This document shows positions 12,451 through 23,437 of a DNA stretch of 64,000 bases, piece by piece. Numbering within the stretch: position 1 is the first letter of the stretch; every line of letters begins with the position of its first letter. The stretch is from Chiloscyllium plagiosum. Its lineage: Eukaryota. The stretch is from NCBI RefSeq assembly GCF_004010195.1, contig NC_057720.1, positions 4,971,776 to 5,035,775 of the forward strand, read 5' to 3'. Under the pieces are notes generated by a model. The model did not search any database. It worked only from the letters and a program-made list of their open reading frames with translations, and had not been told where the DNA came from. Made by a program: the position numbers and the translations under genes.

Positions 12451-12689
12451 GGTTAAAGTCCAGATACAGCCACAGGTGCCAAGTGTCCCATCAGACAGTG
12501 GGATGTCAGCCCTACCACACAGGAGGCGATGGCCTAGTGATTTATCATTAGGACCATTAATTCAGAAACTCAGATAACCTGCTGTGGGCCCAGCTTCGAA
12601 ACCCACCATGGCAGATGTGGATTTTGAATTCAATAAAAACTGGAATTAAGAATCTAATGGTGATGATTGCCAATTGTCATAAATGACAG

Positions 12690-14170
12690 TAAGTAACAGG
12701 ACAAGCAATAGGCCATTCGACCCCTCGAGTCTATTCTGCCATTCTATAGGGTCATGGCTGATCCAATATTTTTCATGTCTGCTTTCCCTGTAACCCTTGA
12801 TTCCCCGACTGATCAAGAATCTATCCATTTCAGTCTTAAATATACACAAAGACTCTGCCCCCACAGCTGTGACAAGGAGTTCCAAAGACACTCAACCCTC
12901 TGATAGAAGAAATTCCTCCTCATCTCAGTCTTTAATTGGTGCCCCTTTATTCTGAGTCTGTGCCCTCTGCTCCTAGGCTCTCCCGTGAAGAGAAACATTC
13001 TCTCAGCATTGACCCTGTCAAGCCCCTTAAGACTCCGATATGTTTCAATGACTTCACTTCTAAACTCCATTGAGTATAGTCCCAATCTGTTTAGACTTTG
13101 CTCATAAGAAAATCCCTCCATCCTAGTGAACCTTCTCTGAACTGCCTCCAATTAAACATCTTTCCTTTTATTAGGGACCAAAACTGCTGACAGTGCTCCA
13201 GAAGTGGTCTCACCAGCACCTGGTACAGGTGCAGTAAGACTTCCCTACTCTTATACTCTAACCCCCATTCCATGACCCTTCCTGATTACCTGCTGCCTCT
13301 GTGTGCTGGCTTTCTGCGTTTCATGCACAAGTTCCTCCCAAGTCCCTCTGTGATGCAACTTTCTTCAACTTTTCTCGATTTAGATAACATTCTATCCTTT
13401 TGTCTCCCTTCCAAAATGAACAACCCCACATTTTCCCACATTATACAGCATCTGTGAACATTCTGACCACTTGTAAAACCTATCAATAACTCTCTGTAAA
13501 CTATTTGTATCCCTCTCACAACCTGCCTTTCCATCTGTTTAAGTGTTGTCTGCAAATTTGGTACAATACATTCACTTCCTTCAGAGGAGCAGGAGAATCG
13601 ACGATTCTGGCATAAGCCCTTCATCAGGAATGAATGAATGATGAAAGGTTTATGCCTGAAACATCGATTCTCCTGCTCCTTGGGTGCTGCCTGACCTGCT
13701 GTGCTTTTCCAGCACCACACTCTTGACTCTGAGTTCCAGCATCTATGCAGTCCTCACTTTCTCCAATTCACTTCCTTCCCACAAGTTACTAATATATAGT
13801 GTAAACCATTGCGGTCTCAGCACTGATCCCTGCTTGAAAAAGGTCACCAACTTGAAAAAGAAACCTCTTACCCCCACTCGCTGTTTCCTGCCTATGATCC
13901 AAGTCTCAGTCCATGCCAATGCACTACCACCAACACCATGAGCCCTTGGCCTTTTGACTCAACCTTTAGTGAGGTACCTTGTTGAACACCTTCTGGAATT
14001 CCAAATACAACACCTTTACTGGTTCCCCTCTATCCACTCTGGTTGAGACACCTTCGAAAAACAAATAAATTAGTCATACGATTTCCCGTTCATGAAGCCA
14101 TGCTGACTGCTTAATTAGATTAGAATTTTCCAAATGTTCTGCTAAGACTTCCTTAATAATTGATTCCAAT
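12690..14170 (-). mobile_element. CR1 RT and 3' end (gatcagccatga tail family)
   Basis: EAVQRRFTR, LYQVLVRPLLEHC, LKTEMRRNFF; frameshifted. Confidence 0.9.
13583..13765. mobile_element. PLE mini-element family A, fold-back, with 13-bp TSD
   Basis: TSD attcacttccttc at 13570-13582 and 13766-13778; decayed hammerhead motifs on both strands. Confidence 0.8.
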
Positions 14171-15455
14171 TGGACTGCCTCACTAATACCCTTTAGGGGA
14201 AGAAGATGCCATCTTTACCTAGTTTGGCCTACATGTGATTCTAGACCCACAACGACATATTTGGATCTTAACTGCCTGCTGGGCAACTAGAGACAGGCAA
14301 TACATGCTGGCCTAGCCAGTGACAACCACATCATTCGAATGCATAAAACAAAATGAAAACAATGAGGCTCTCACAGTCTCACTTGTCCTCTCTGTCCAAG
14401 TCATCAGATGTGTGTCAACCCTTTCCAAATATCCCTGCCCCATGGCTGCCTCCGCATTGTCTGAGCTAGAAATACAAGATCTTTATGGCTCAAACACATC
14501 AGTTCCAGAACTGATTGACAGCAAGTGATGCTCAGTGGGCTATGGGGTAAAGAACTGAGCCCTTGAGGGTTCCTGTGGCACAGCTGTAGTGTCCCTGTAT
14601 CTGAGACAGGAGGCCTGAGTTCAAGTCCCTGTGTTCCAGTGTATACCATAATATCGCTAGAGTGAGTTCTTTATGGGCAGTGTTTTTATTGGACACTTTG
14701 TTAATTCGGTGCTTGGTTCATTTATGAAAATGTGCTGAGTTCTTGAGAAAGAAAGGACTGAGTTCTTATCAGATGTTGGGGGAGGATGTGTGTGTGGGCA
14801 GTGAGAGGGTCCTCAAGAGAAAGGTGGATACTGATGTTTGCACTGTACCACAGTTTTACAATAAAACCTTTGTAAATCCCTCAAAGTACTCTGCTTGTAA
14901 ATTCATCAAATGGATATTGGTGTGTGAAACACACATGACCCTTCCCACTGGCCCTCACTGACAGGACAAGCGATGCCCCACCCACAATCCCATTGCCAGG
15001 GTGCAGCTCTTCTATGTCCATACAGAACTCTAATTCTGCAGCGACAATATGATGTGCAAATAAAAGTCTTTAAAAAAGCATGAATAACTTGCGACATTGT
15101 TAAAAATAAAAACTCCAATAACTACAGGTCAATAAAAGTGTCAATCATCAAGACCCATTACAGTATCAAAGCTGAAACATTTGAAACAACTTTTCTCTTC
15201 AGTAAATAAGCAAATATTGCGCAGCTGATAGAAGAATTCTCAACTGAACATGTTTTCCCTGGAGCTTAGCTATTTCAACACTCAAATGGATGTTTGGGTT
15301 CTGTTGTCAAGCCTCATAATCCATTCTTAAATTGACTAGCAGTTACCTTCAAAGGAAGGTCTCCATCACTTGCTGTGACTACTCCACACTCACACAGCTA
15401 AACACCTCTTCAAAAGCAAGGTAGGCCTATCCTGAACTTCCAGCCTTCTCTGAAT

Positions 15456-15533
15456 TGTCACTGTCAAACAAGTACAAGTCAAGTGATAAATCTCTGTCAC
15501 TGTCAAACAAGTACAAGTCAAGTGATAAATCTC
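15456..15533 (+). repeat. Perfect 39-bp tandem duplication
   Basis: tgtcactgtcaaacaagtacaagtcaagtgataaatctc twice. Confidence 0.95.
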
Positions 15534-15550
15534 TTCCAGGACACTGAGGT

Positions 15551-15870
15551 TAGATTAGACTCGATTAGATTCCCTACAGTGTGGAAACAGGCCTTTCGGC
15601 CCAACAAGTCCACACTGACCCGTAACCCACCCAGACCCATTCTCCTACATTTACCCCTTCACCTAACACTACGGGCAATTTAACATGACCAATTCACCTG
15701 ACCTGCACATTTTTGGATTGTGGGAGGAAACCGGAGCACCCGGAGGAAACCCACGCAGACACGGGGAGAATGTGAAAACTCCACACAGTCAGTCGCCTGA
15801 GGTGGGAATTGAACCCAGGTCTCTGGCGCTGCGAGGCAGCAGTGCTAACCACTGTGCCACCGTGCCGCCC
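15551..15870 (-). mobile_element. HE1 V-SINE, full length
   Basis: Canonical head, V-domain and tail. Confidence 0.92.
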
Positions 15871-16226
15871 ACAGGACGGCACAAAAAAAATCTCAAAACT
15901 GTGACAGTGACTAAGGTTAATGGAATGAAAATATTAATTCCCCAACTTGTTGGATAATGTTGATCTAGTTTTTGGTAGAGATGATGATATTCAATATAAA
16001 TGATTTTCATTCAGTGCGGGAAGGAAACGTCACATGATTGGAATGAGCAGATCAGACCTATCAGACAGCTCTCTGTCTCAATCAGGTATTGGATGGATCA
16101 GAAGTAGAACAAAGTTCTCCATAATGAGCTGCATTCATATACACCAACCTGCAGGCAATACTGAAATACGTCTACGCACAGAGAATAAATCACAGCCCAG
16201 CCAGATTCACATGACCCTCCACTCAC

Positions 16227-16243
16227 CTATTCATCCACCCCAT
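16227..16243 (-). CDS. Candidate 17-nt micro-exon ATGGGGTGGATGAATAG; after exon C it reads DGVDE-stop
   Basis: Acceptor gttcctgtttaaaacccattttgcag| and consensus donor AG|gtgagt, in unique sequence. Confidence 0.5.
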
Positions 16244-16552
16244 CTGCAAAATGGGTTTTAAACAGGAACAGGAACGGACACCTAACTAGTGCAGGTCATA
16301 AATACACAGAGAAGGTATAGCAGCGAAAGAGGCTGTTCAGCCCACACAGTGTGTGGTAACGTTGACTCTCCTCACAAACCTCTAAGCCTATCAGATTACC
16401 CTTCTACTTCTGACTTCCATCCCTAGCTTCGCTTTAAATGAGATGCACCTCAAGCTTCGTCAGGAAGGGCTTACGCCTGAAATGTCGATTCTCCTGCTCC
16501 TCAGATGCTGCCTGACTTGCTGTGCTTTTCCAGCACCACACTCTCAACTCTG

Positions 16553-17697
16553 AACACCTGCCTGTTTCCCTCCTCCCTCCTCACTATCCAAGGCCTTCCA
16601 GGTGAAGCAGCACTTTACCTGCCCTTCCCACAATCTAGTCTCCTGCATCCACTGCTCACAATGTGGTCTCCTCTACATTGGGGAGATGAAGTCTAGACTG
16701 GGTGACAGCTTCACAGAACATCTACGTTCTGCCCGCAAAAATGACCGAGCTTCCATTTGCCTGCCACTCCAACACACTACCTTGTTCCCTGGCCAACATC
16801 TCTGTCTCAGCCTTGCTGCAGTGCTCCAGTGAAGCTCAGTGCAACCTGGAAGAACAGCACCTCATTTTCCACTTGGCAACCCTGCAGCCTTCAGGACTCA
16901 ATATCAAGTTCAATAATCTTAAGAGCCTGAGGCATTGTCTCCCACGTCCTTACCCCAACGCCCACACACGAGGCCTTGACATAGACAATAGGTGCAGGAA
17001 TAGGCCATTCTGCCCTTCGAGCCTGCACCACCATTCAATATGATCATGGCTGATTGTCCTCAATCAGTATCCTGTTCCTGCCTTATCTCCATGAACCTTG
17101 ATTCCACTATCTTTGAGAGCTCTATCCAACTCCTTCTTAAACGAATCCAGAGACTGGGCCTCCACTGCCTTCTGGGGCAGAGCATTCCACACAGCCACCA
17201 CTCTCTGGGTGAAGAAATTTCTCCTCATCTCTGTCCTAAATGGCCTACCCCTTATTTTTAAGCTGTGTCCTCTGGTTCAGGACTCACCCATCAGCGGAAA
17301 CATGCTTCCTGCCTCCAGAGTGTCCAATCCTTTAATAATCTTATACGTCTCAATCAGATCCCCTCTCAGTCTTCCATCCCATGGGCTGATTCCAAAAAGT
17401 CTACTGTCAGCCACTGATGGTCCCCAGTAGCAGCTACTCATCCTCCCAGGCTGACCTCTACTCACTCCTTTGCCTATTCAACTGTTTTTTTCTCTCTCTC
17501 TCTCTCTCTGGGCCCCATCTCCACCTTTTGTTAACTCCTTCCTTTTCCCCCCCATGCCATCTTCAGCACAGAAAACAACCTTTTTCCAGTCCGTTCAGAA
17601 GGAGAGTCACTGGACCCAAAAGATTAACTCTGTTTCTCTCTCCAAAGATGCTGCCAGACCTGCCGAGATTTCCCAGCAATTTCTGCTTTTGTTACAA
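16553..17697 (+). mobile_element. Penelope-like element 3' part (Neptune-like GIY-YIG endonuclease relic plus terminal repeat with decayed family-B hammerhead), split by a CR1 3' fragment (16980-17372, -)
   Basis: FTCPSHNLVSCIHCSQCGLLYIGE..RLGDSFTEHLRS and EEQHLIFHLATLQPSGLNI; terminal gagtcactggaccc...ttaactctg...gatgctgccagacctg. Confidence 0.85.
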
Positions 17698-17714
17698 GTC
17701 AAGAGTGTGTTTTT

Positions 17715-17970
17715 GTATAAATGGTCACGGGACATGGGTGTCACTGGCTAGGCCAGCCTTTCTTGTCCATCCCTAATTGCCCAGTGGCTTATTAAGAATC
17801 AACCACATCACTGTGGGTCTGGAGTCACATGTAGGACAGACCAGATTTCCTTCCCTAAAGGACATTAGTGAACCAGATAAATGTTTACAGCAATCAATAA
17901 TGGTTACATGGTCACCACCGGGCTAGCTTTTTTTATTTCAGCTACTTTGTGAATTTTAAATTTCACCGTG
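17715..17970 (-). mobile_element. SINE family 2
   Basis: Reverse complement of the 835-1445 family. Confidence 0.8.
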
Positions 17971-18121
17971 GATGAAAGAGATGATTGGCCTGGATGGTGT
18001 CATGTTTCTTAAGTGTAATACCCCTCCTTGCAAGTGGAGAGCGCGGTCGTGTCGTGGTAACATCACTGATCGAGTGATCCAGAACCTCAAGCTAAAGTTC
18101 TGGAGTTTATCAGTTCATGGT

Positions 18122-18508
18122 AACATAGAAACATAGAAAACAGGTGCAGGAGTAGGCCATTCGGCCCTTCGAGCCTGCACCACCATTCAATACAATCATG
18201 GCTGATCACACAATCTTGGGATCCCATTCGCACCTTCACTCATTACCCCTTGATCCCTTTAGCCACAAGGACCATGTCCAGCTCCCTCTTGAATATATCT
18301 AACAAACTGGCCCCAACAGCTTCCTGTGGGAGAGAGTTTCACTGGCTCACAACTCTCTGAGTGAAGAAAATCTTCCTCATCTCAGCCCTGAACAGTTTAC
18401 CCCTTATTCTTAGACTGTGACCCCTTGTTCTGGACTTGCCCAACATCAGGAACATTCATCCGACCTCTAGCCTCTACAGTCCCATCAGGATTTTATATGT
18501 TTCTATGT
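18122..18508 (-). mobile_element. CR1 3' fragment
   Basis: aacatagaaacatagaaaacaggtgcaggagtaggccattcggccc tail. Confidence 0.85.
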
Positions 18509-18664
18509 TTTGAATCCCACCACAACTGAAATATCATCATACACCTTGGAAATGGCACATGCGACTGCCCTTCTGCGCCAGTGGTGAAGTAGGTGAACGT
18601 TGGAGTTAGTCCAGAACATTAGCTTGGGGTTCTGGATCACTAGTCCAGTAACGTTACAACAACA

Positions 18665-19135
18665 CTACCAGCTATCCCCACTTGCCTGGGTGAGTACAGC
18701 TCCAACAACTTTAAAGAAGTGTGATACCATCCAGGAGAAAGCACCACCTTCAATGTTCACTCCATCCTCCACCAACCCATAGTGGAGCGGTGCTCCCCAT
18801 CTACAAGATGTACTACAGCAACTCACCAAAGCACCTTCAACAGTGCCTTCCAAACCCTAGCCCCCTACCATCTAGAAGGAGCAGGGCAGCAAATGCTTGG
18901 AACACCACAAACTGCCAGTTCCCCTCCCAGCTACACGCAATCCTGACTTAGAAATAAATTCCTGTTTCTTCGATGTTGCTGGGTCAAAATTCTGGAGCCC
19001 GCTTCCTACCGGCACTTTGGGTGTTCCTACAGCCCTCGGATTGGAGTGGTTCACCACAAACATCTCCAGGGCAATTAGGGACGGGCAACAGATGTTAACC
19101 CAGACAGCGACACCCACATCCTATGAACAAGTAAA
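18665..19135 (+). mobile_element. Second LINE family 3' end
   Basis: SPLAWVSTAPTTLKKCDTIQEKA; ends gggcaattagggacgggcaa...cccacatcctatgaa, a tail shared with SINE family 2. Confidence 0.8.
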
Positions 19136-19503
19136 CACTCCTTATTTGTGGCAAGTTCCACATCTTCAACATAATTCCGATTTAAGAACCTTGTGCCAAA
19201 CTCCCCCTGGACTTTTTTTTAAACATTCATTTCCCTCATTTTGCCATCCTCCGAAAGAAGGAAATACCTTCACCACATTGACCCAATGATATCCTGTTAT
19301 CATTTTAAAAACCTCCAGCCTTCAGCCTGCTCAAGGTAAAGAGGGCCCAGTCTACTGGATGTCCAAGAACACTCATCAATCTCCACCAATCTCAGTGTGG
19401 TGTGTCCATCTTGCTGCAGATGTGCAAGGAATCACCCCCTGATCAACATTAATTCCTCACTCACTCCTTTTCTCACCAACGTATCCAAAGAGATGATTCC
19501 TAC

Positions 19504-19585
19504 CTGTGGAGTGTCCTGACACATCCTGGGTATGACTGTTCATGTCACGAGACTTCTTATAAGTGTCACAATTCAAGAATACCGA
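19504..19585 (-). CDS. Internal coding exon C (82 nt, phase 0 to 1): SVFLNCDTYKKSRDMNSHTQDVSGHST
   Basis: Very strong acceptor ttttcccattgcctctcccctttctgcttgcag|TCG and donor CAG|gtagga; only phase 0 is open, as exon B requires. Confidence 0.75.
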
Positions 19586-20124
19586 CTGCAAGCAGAAAGG
19601 GGAGAGGCAATGGGAAAATTAGATGGGAGTCCTGGGTTAGAGAACAGCTCAGGGCGCGAGTGGTGCAGAATTGAATAGAATAAACAGTTCAGATATGGTA
19701 AAAGACAGAATGTTACTTTGTCAGTAGTATTAGAACAAAGTGAAGGTTTTGTGAACTTGAAGGAATAACTTTGCAAAGATCCGAGATACAAACTTGAGGA
19801 ATGTTCAAATTGCTCACAGGGCGAGTTTGGCTTTGAAGAGGTCATACTCCTGATGACCTCTCTCTATCCTGTACAGGTGAAACGTGAGCTTGGATTGTTC
19901 CACATGACCACATGGTAGAGCAGTGAGAAAATATTTGGAATGCTAATGGAATATGCTTATGTCTGAAAGCTACTGTGTTGAATCGTAGGGGTTAATAGCT
20001 CAGAGGATACTCGATTTCACATCTATTTTGTCTGGTAGCTAAAGCAAACAAAATCTAAAATCACTGTGCCACTATCTCCTCATAGTCTCTGTTACCAACA
20101 CTAGAATTCACAAGGTGATGTTTT

Positions 20125-20524
20125 TGTTTTCCCTGGAGTGTCAGAGGCTGAGGGGTGACCTTATAGAGGTTTATAAAATCATGAGGGGCATGGATAGGAT
20201 AAATAGACAAAGTCTTTTCCCTGGGGTGGGGGAGACCAGAACTAGGGGGCATAGGTTTAGGGTGAGAGGGGAAAGATTCAAATGGAACCTAAGGGGCAAC
20301 TTTTTCATGCAGAGGATGTGTGGAATGAGCTGCCAGAGGAAGTGATGGAAGCTGGTACAATTACAACATTGAAAAGGCATCTGGATGGGTATATGAATAG
20401 GAAGGGTTTGGAGGGATATGGGCCAATTCCTGGCAAATGGGATTAGATTAATTTAGGATATCTGGTCAGTATGGACAATTTGTACCAAAGGATCTGTTTC
20501 TGTGCTATACATCTCTATGACTCT
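20125..20524 (+). mobile_element. HER1-like CR1 3' end
   Basis: FSLECQRLRGDLIEVYKIMRG; ctctatgactct tail. Confidence 0.92.
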
Positions 20525-20559
20525 GTTGTAAACAATCTAAGGTAAGGTACAACATAAGG

Positions 20560-20741
20560 AGAAAGTGAGGTCTGCAGATGCTGGAGATCAAAGTTGAAAC
20601 TTTATTGCTGGAACAGCACAGCAGGTCAGGCAGCATCCAGGGAACAGGAGATTCGACGTTTCGGGCACAAGCCCGAAACGTCGAATCTCCTGTTCCCTGG
20701 ATGCTGCCTGACCTGCTGTGCTGTTCCAGCAATAAAGTTTC
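20560..20741. mobile_element. PLE mini-element family A: perfect 73-bp-arm palindrome with a 16-bp flanking direct repeat
   Basis: Arms 20594-20666 and 20671-20743, loop acaa; aaggtacaacataagg at 20544-20559 and 20742-20757. Confidence 0.88.
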
Positions 20742-21269
20742 AAGGTACAACATAAGGTAAAACTGGAGCTTGCAGGAGTGACCCAGACAGACCTGTTTGA
20801 TCTGGCTGCTACGGTGGTGAATCCCAAGCAGAAATCTATTAAAACCTAGAGATGGTTTTCACATTCTCTCACTGTGACTCACAATGGAAGTAACATCTGC
20901 TTCTAATTGATGCACTGGTAGAGAAAGAGAGGCAGAGGGAGAGTGAGAAAACATAGACAGACAAATACACTGTGTGGCTGGCAAGGCAGATGTTGCTGTG
21001 GGGAAGGAGAATACTTGGCAAGAATTAGTTTTTTGCTTGAAAGGAACAGAACAGATGGGACACTTGGGGATTTGAAACCACGGAGTCCTCGGGGTGGGTA
21101 CTTGCTGACAGCTGTCAGATATCGGCTCAGACTGGATGGAACAGGATTCTTGAAAAACACTGAAAGTTACAGCAGGGAGCAAGGAGAGCAAGACGTAAGG
21201 GTGAACTTGTTCGTGTAACAGACCCTTCTAGCAGATATACAGACAAAAGGTTTGTAGAACAAATTCTCA

Positions 21270-22100
21270 ATAGAGTTTGTGAAGTGAAGTGTAGCAGGGG
21301 CAGCATTTATGTGATAGTGTGGGGCAGGGGTGGAGTGCTGGAGGAGAGAGGCTGCCGATAGACCTGATTAATCGGAAGGTGAGAATGGTAGGACAATGGT
21401 GTCTAGCTGCCAGACTAGAAAGGACAGACAGGCGGAAGTGAGGACTGCAGATGCTGGAGATTAGAGTCAAGATTAGCGTGGTGCTGGAAAAGCACAGCAG
21501 GTCAGGCAGCATCCGAGGAGCCGGAAAATCAACGTTTTGGGCGAAAGTGATGAAGGGCTTTTCCAGCACCACTCTAATCTGGAAAGGACAGACAGCCCCA
21601 TTGGGGTGGGGGGAGGGGAGAGAGAACACAGTGACAGAGAATGCAACAAGTAAAGCTATAAGAAAGGGAAGGAATGGGAGCTGATTCACAATTTAAAGGT
21701 GTTAAACTCAATACTAAGTCCAGAATGCTGTAAAGTGCTTGTCTGAAGTAGCGATGTTGGTCCTCCAGGTTGCGCTGTGATTCACTGGAACACTGCAGCA
21801 TGCCGAGGACAGACACGTGGGCATGTGAGCAGGGTGCTGTGTTAAAATGACCAGCTACATGAAGGTCAGGGTTCTGCTTGTGCACAGACCGGAGATGTTC
21901 CACAAAGTGATCACCCAGTCTGTGTTTGGTTTCTCCAGTTTAGAGTAGGCCACATTGGGTCCAGCGAATACAATACATAAGACTGGAGGAGGTCCAGGTC
22001 CAGGTCCAGGTGCTTCACCTGAAAGCCCTTGGACAGTGAGCAGGGAGGAGGGGAAGGGGCAGGTATTGCATCTTCTGCAGTTACATGGGAAGATGTCCTA
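21270..22100 (-). mobile_element. Penelope-like (Neptune-like) GIY-YIG relic with a nested family-A mini-element (21432-21581)
   Basis: EHLRSVHKQNPDLHVAGHFN...LQCSSESQRNLEDQH; nested insert has TSD gaaaggacagacag (21418-21431, 21582-21595). Confidence 0.85.
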
Positions 22101-22399
22101 CTGTGTGTTCAGTTTGATATATTAGCTGCTTGTAAGTATTCTTGGTTGAGTGCAGCTGTATGTTACAGTGACAATATTTAAACATTAAATTTTGTCCTTT
22201 GGTTACTTCTGATGATCGTTTGGGATTTTCTTTTCCCTTTAAAAAGCGTTATCGATCTCAGTAGGCAGAGTAACACAGTGCACTGTTCCTCTGTTAGCTC
22301 CAGGAGCTAACACATAAACCTCTAATGGAGTTTTATCAAAGATGATGAACTGAAGAATTCCTCAATTCCTTATAAAAAAAATGCTAAATTCAACAAGCT

Positions 22400-22790
22400 A
22401 ATTTATTTTATTAATTGATTGGCTAGGCCAGCTTTTAGTGCTCATCCCTAATTGCCTTTGAAAAGACAGTGGACCCACAATTACTTTATGGAGAGAGTGA
22501 CTCAGCAACACTGAAGGAACAGTGATATATTTCCAAGTCAGGATGGTGAGTGGCTCGGAGGGGAAGTTGAAGGTGATGATGTTCACATGTATCTGCTACC
22601 CTTGTCCTCCTAGACAGTAGAGGTCTTGAGTTTAGAAGGTGCTGTTGGAGCAGCCTTGATGAATTTCTACAGTACATCTTGTAGATGGCGTACACTGCTG
22701 CCACACAGTGTTGGTGGAGGAGGGACATTGAAGGTGGTGAATAGAGTGCCAACTGAGAAGGGCTGATTTGCCCTGGACTATCAGAACTGA
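22400..22790 (-). mobile_element. Second LINE family 3' end
   Basis: YAIYKMYCRNSSRLLQQHL; same tail as 18665-19135. Confidence 0.8.
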
Positions 22791-23306
22791 GGAGGTCGCC
22801 CATGTAAAATAAAGATAAGGCAAAAAAAAAGTCTCAGGGGGTTATGAAAAATAGGAGACTTTCACAAAAGAGATGCAGAATGTGGGAAATCAGAGAGAGG
22901 TCGAACAGCCTCGACAATTATATCTGCAGGAAGTGAATCCAATTGTCAGACCGCGTGGATCGGTTGGAGTGTCAGCTGGACTCACTGAGGAGCAGGCAAG
23001 AGGTGGAAAGCTTCAGAGACAGGAGTTTTGGAGACATGGTCACACCCAGGGTTCAGGCCGATAGATGGGTGACTGGTGGAAGGAGCAAGCATTCAGTGCC
23101 AGAGACCCAGTGGCTTTCGCCCCTCTCTAACAAGCACACTGTTGTAGGTTAGGTGCGTTAGCCACGGGAAATGTAGGATTACAGGAATAGGGTGGGGGAC
23201 GAAATGGGTCCGGGCAGGATGCTCTTTGGAGGGTCGGTGTGGACTTTTTGAGCTGAGCGGCTTGTTTCCACACAGTAGGGATTCCATGAAAACTGTTTTG
23301 GGTGCT

Positions 23307-23436
23307 AGGTAAAAACAATGACTGCAGATGCTGGAAACCAGATTCTGGTTTTGTGGTGCTGGAAGAACACAGCAGTTCAGAGAGCATCCAAGGAGTTTCG
23401 AAATCGACGTTTCGGGCAAAAGCCCTTCATCAGGAA
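23307..23436 (-). mobile_element. PLE mini-element family A, single-strand form, 14-bp TSD
   Basis: TSD ctgttttgggtgct at 23293-23306 and 23443-23456. Confidence 0.85.
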
Positions 23437-23437
23437 T
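23402..23437 (-). ncRNA. Minimal type-I hammerhead ribozyme motif with intact core (family A)
   Basis: attc-CTGATGA-A-GGGC-TTTT-GCCC-GAAA-CG-TC-gatt. Confidence 0.7.

Noticed and set aside
15346..15460. Minus-strand exon (ttgtttgacag acceptor, GAAG|gtaact donor)
   Set aside because: Stops in all three frames; could only be non-coding or a poison exon, with no further support.
20560..20741. Family-A palindromes as DNA-transposon MITEs
   Set aside because: Arms are asymmetric and variable between copies, TSD length varies from 11 to 16 bp, single-arm copies exist, and the related family B is attached to a PLE endonuclease.
20505..20827. ORFs on both strands with identical peptides
   Set aside because: Artefact of the perfect DNA palindrome.
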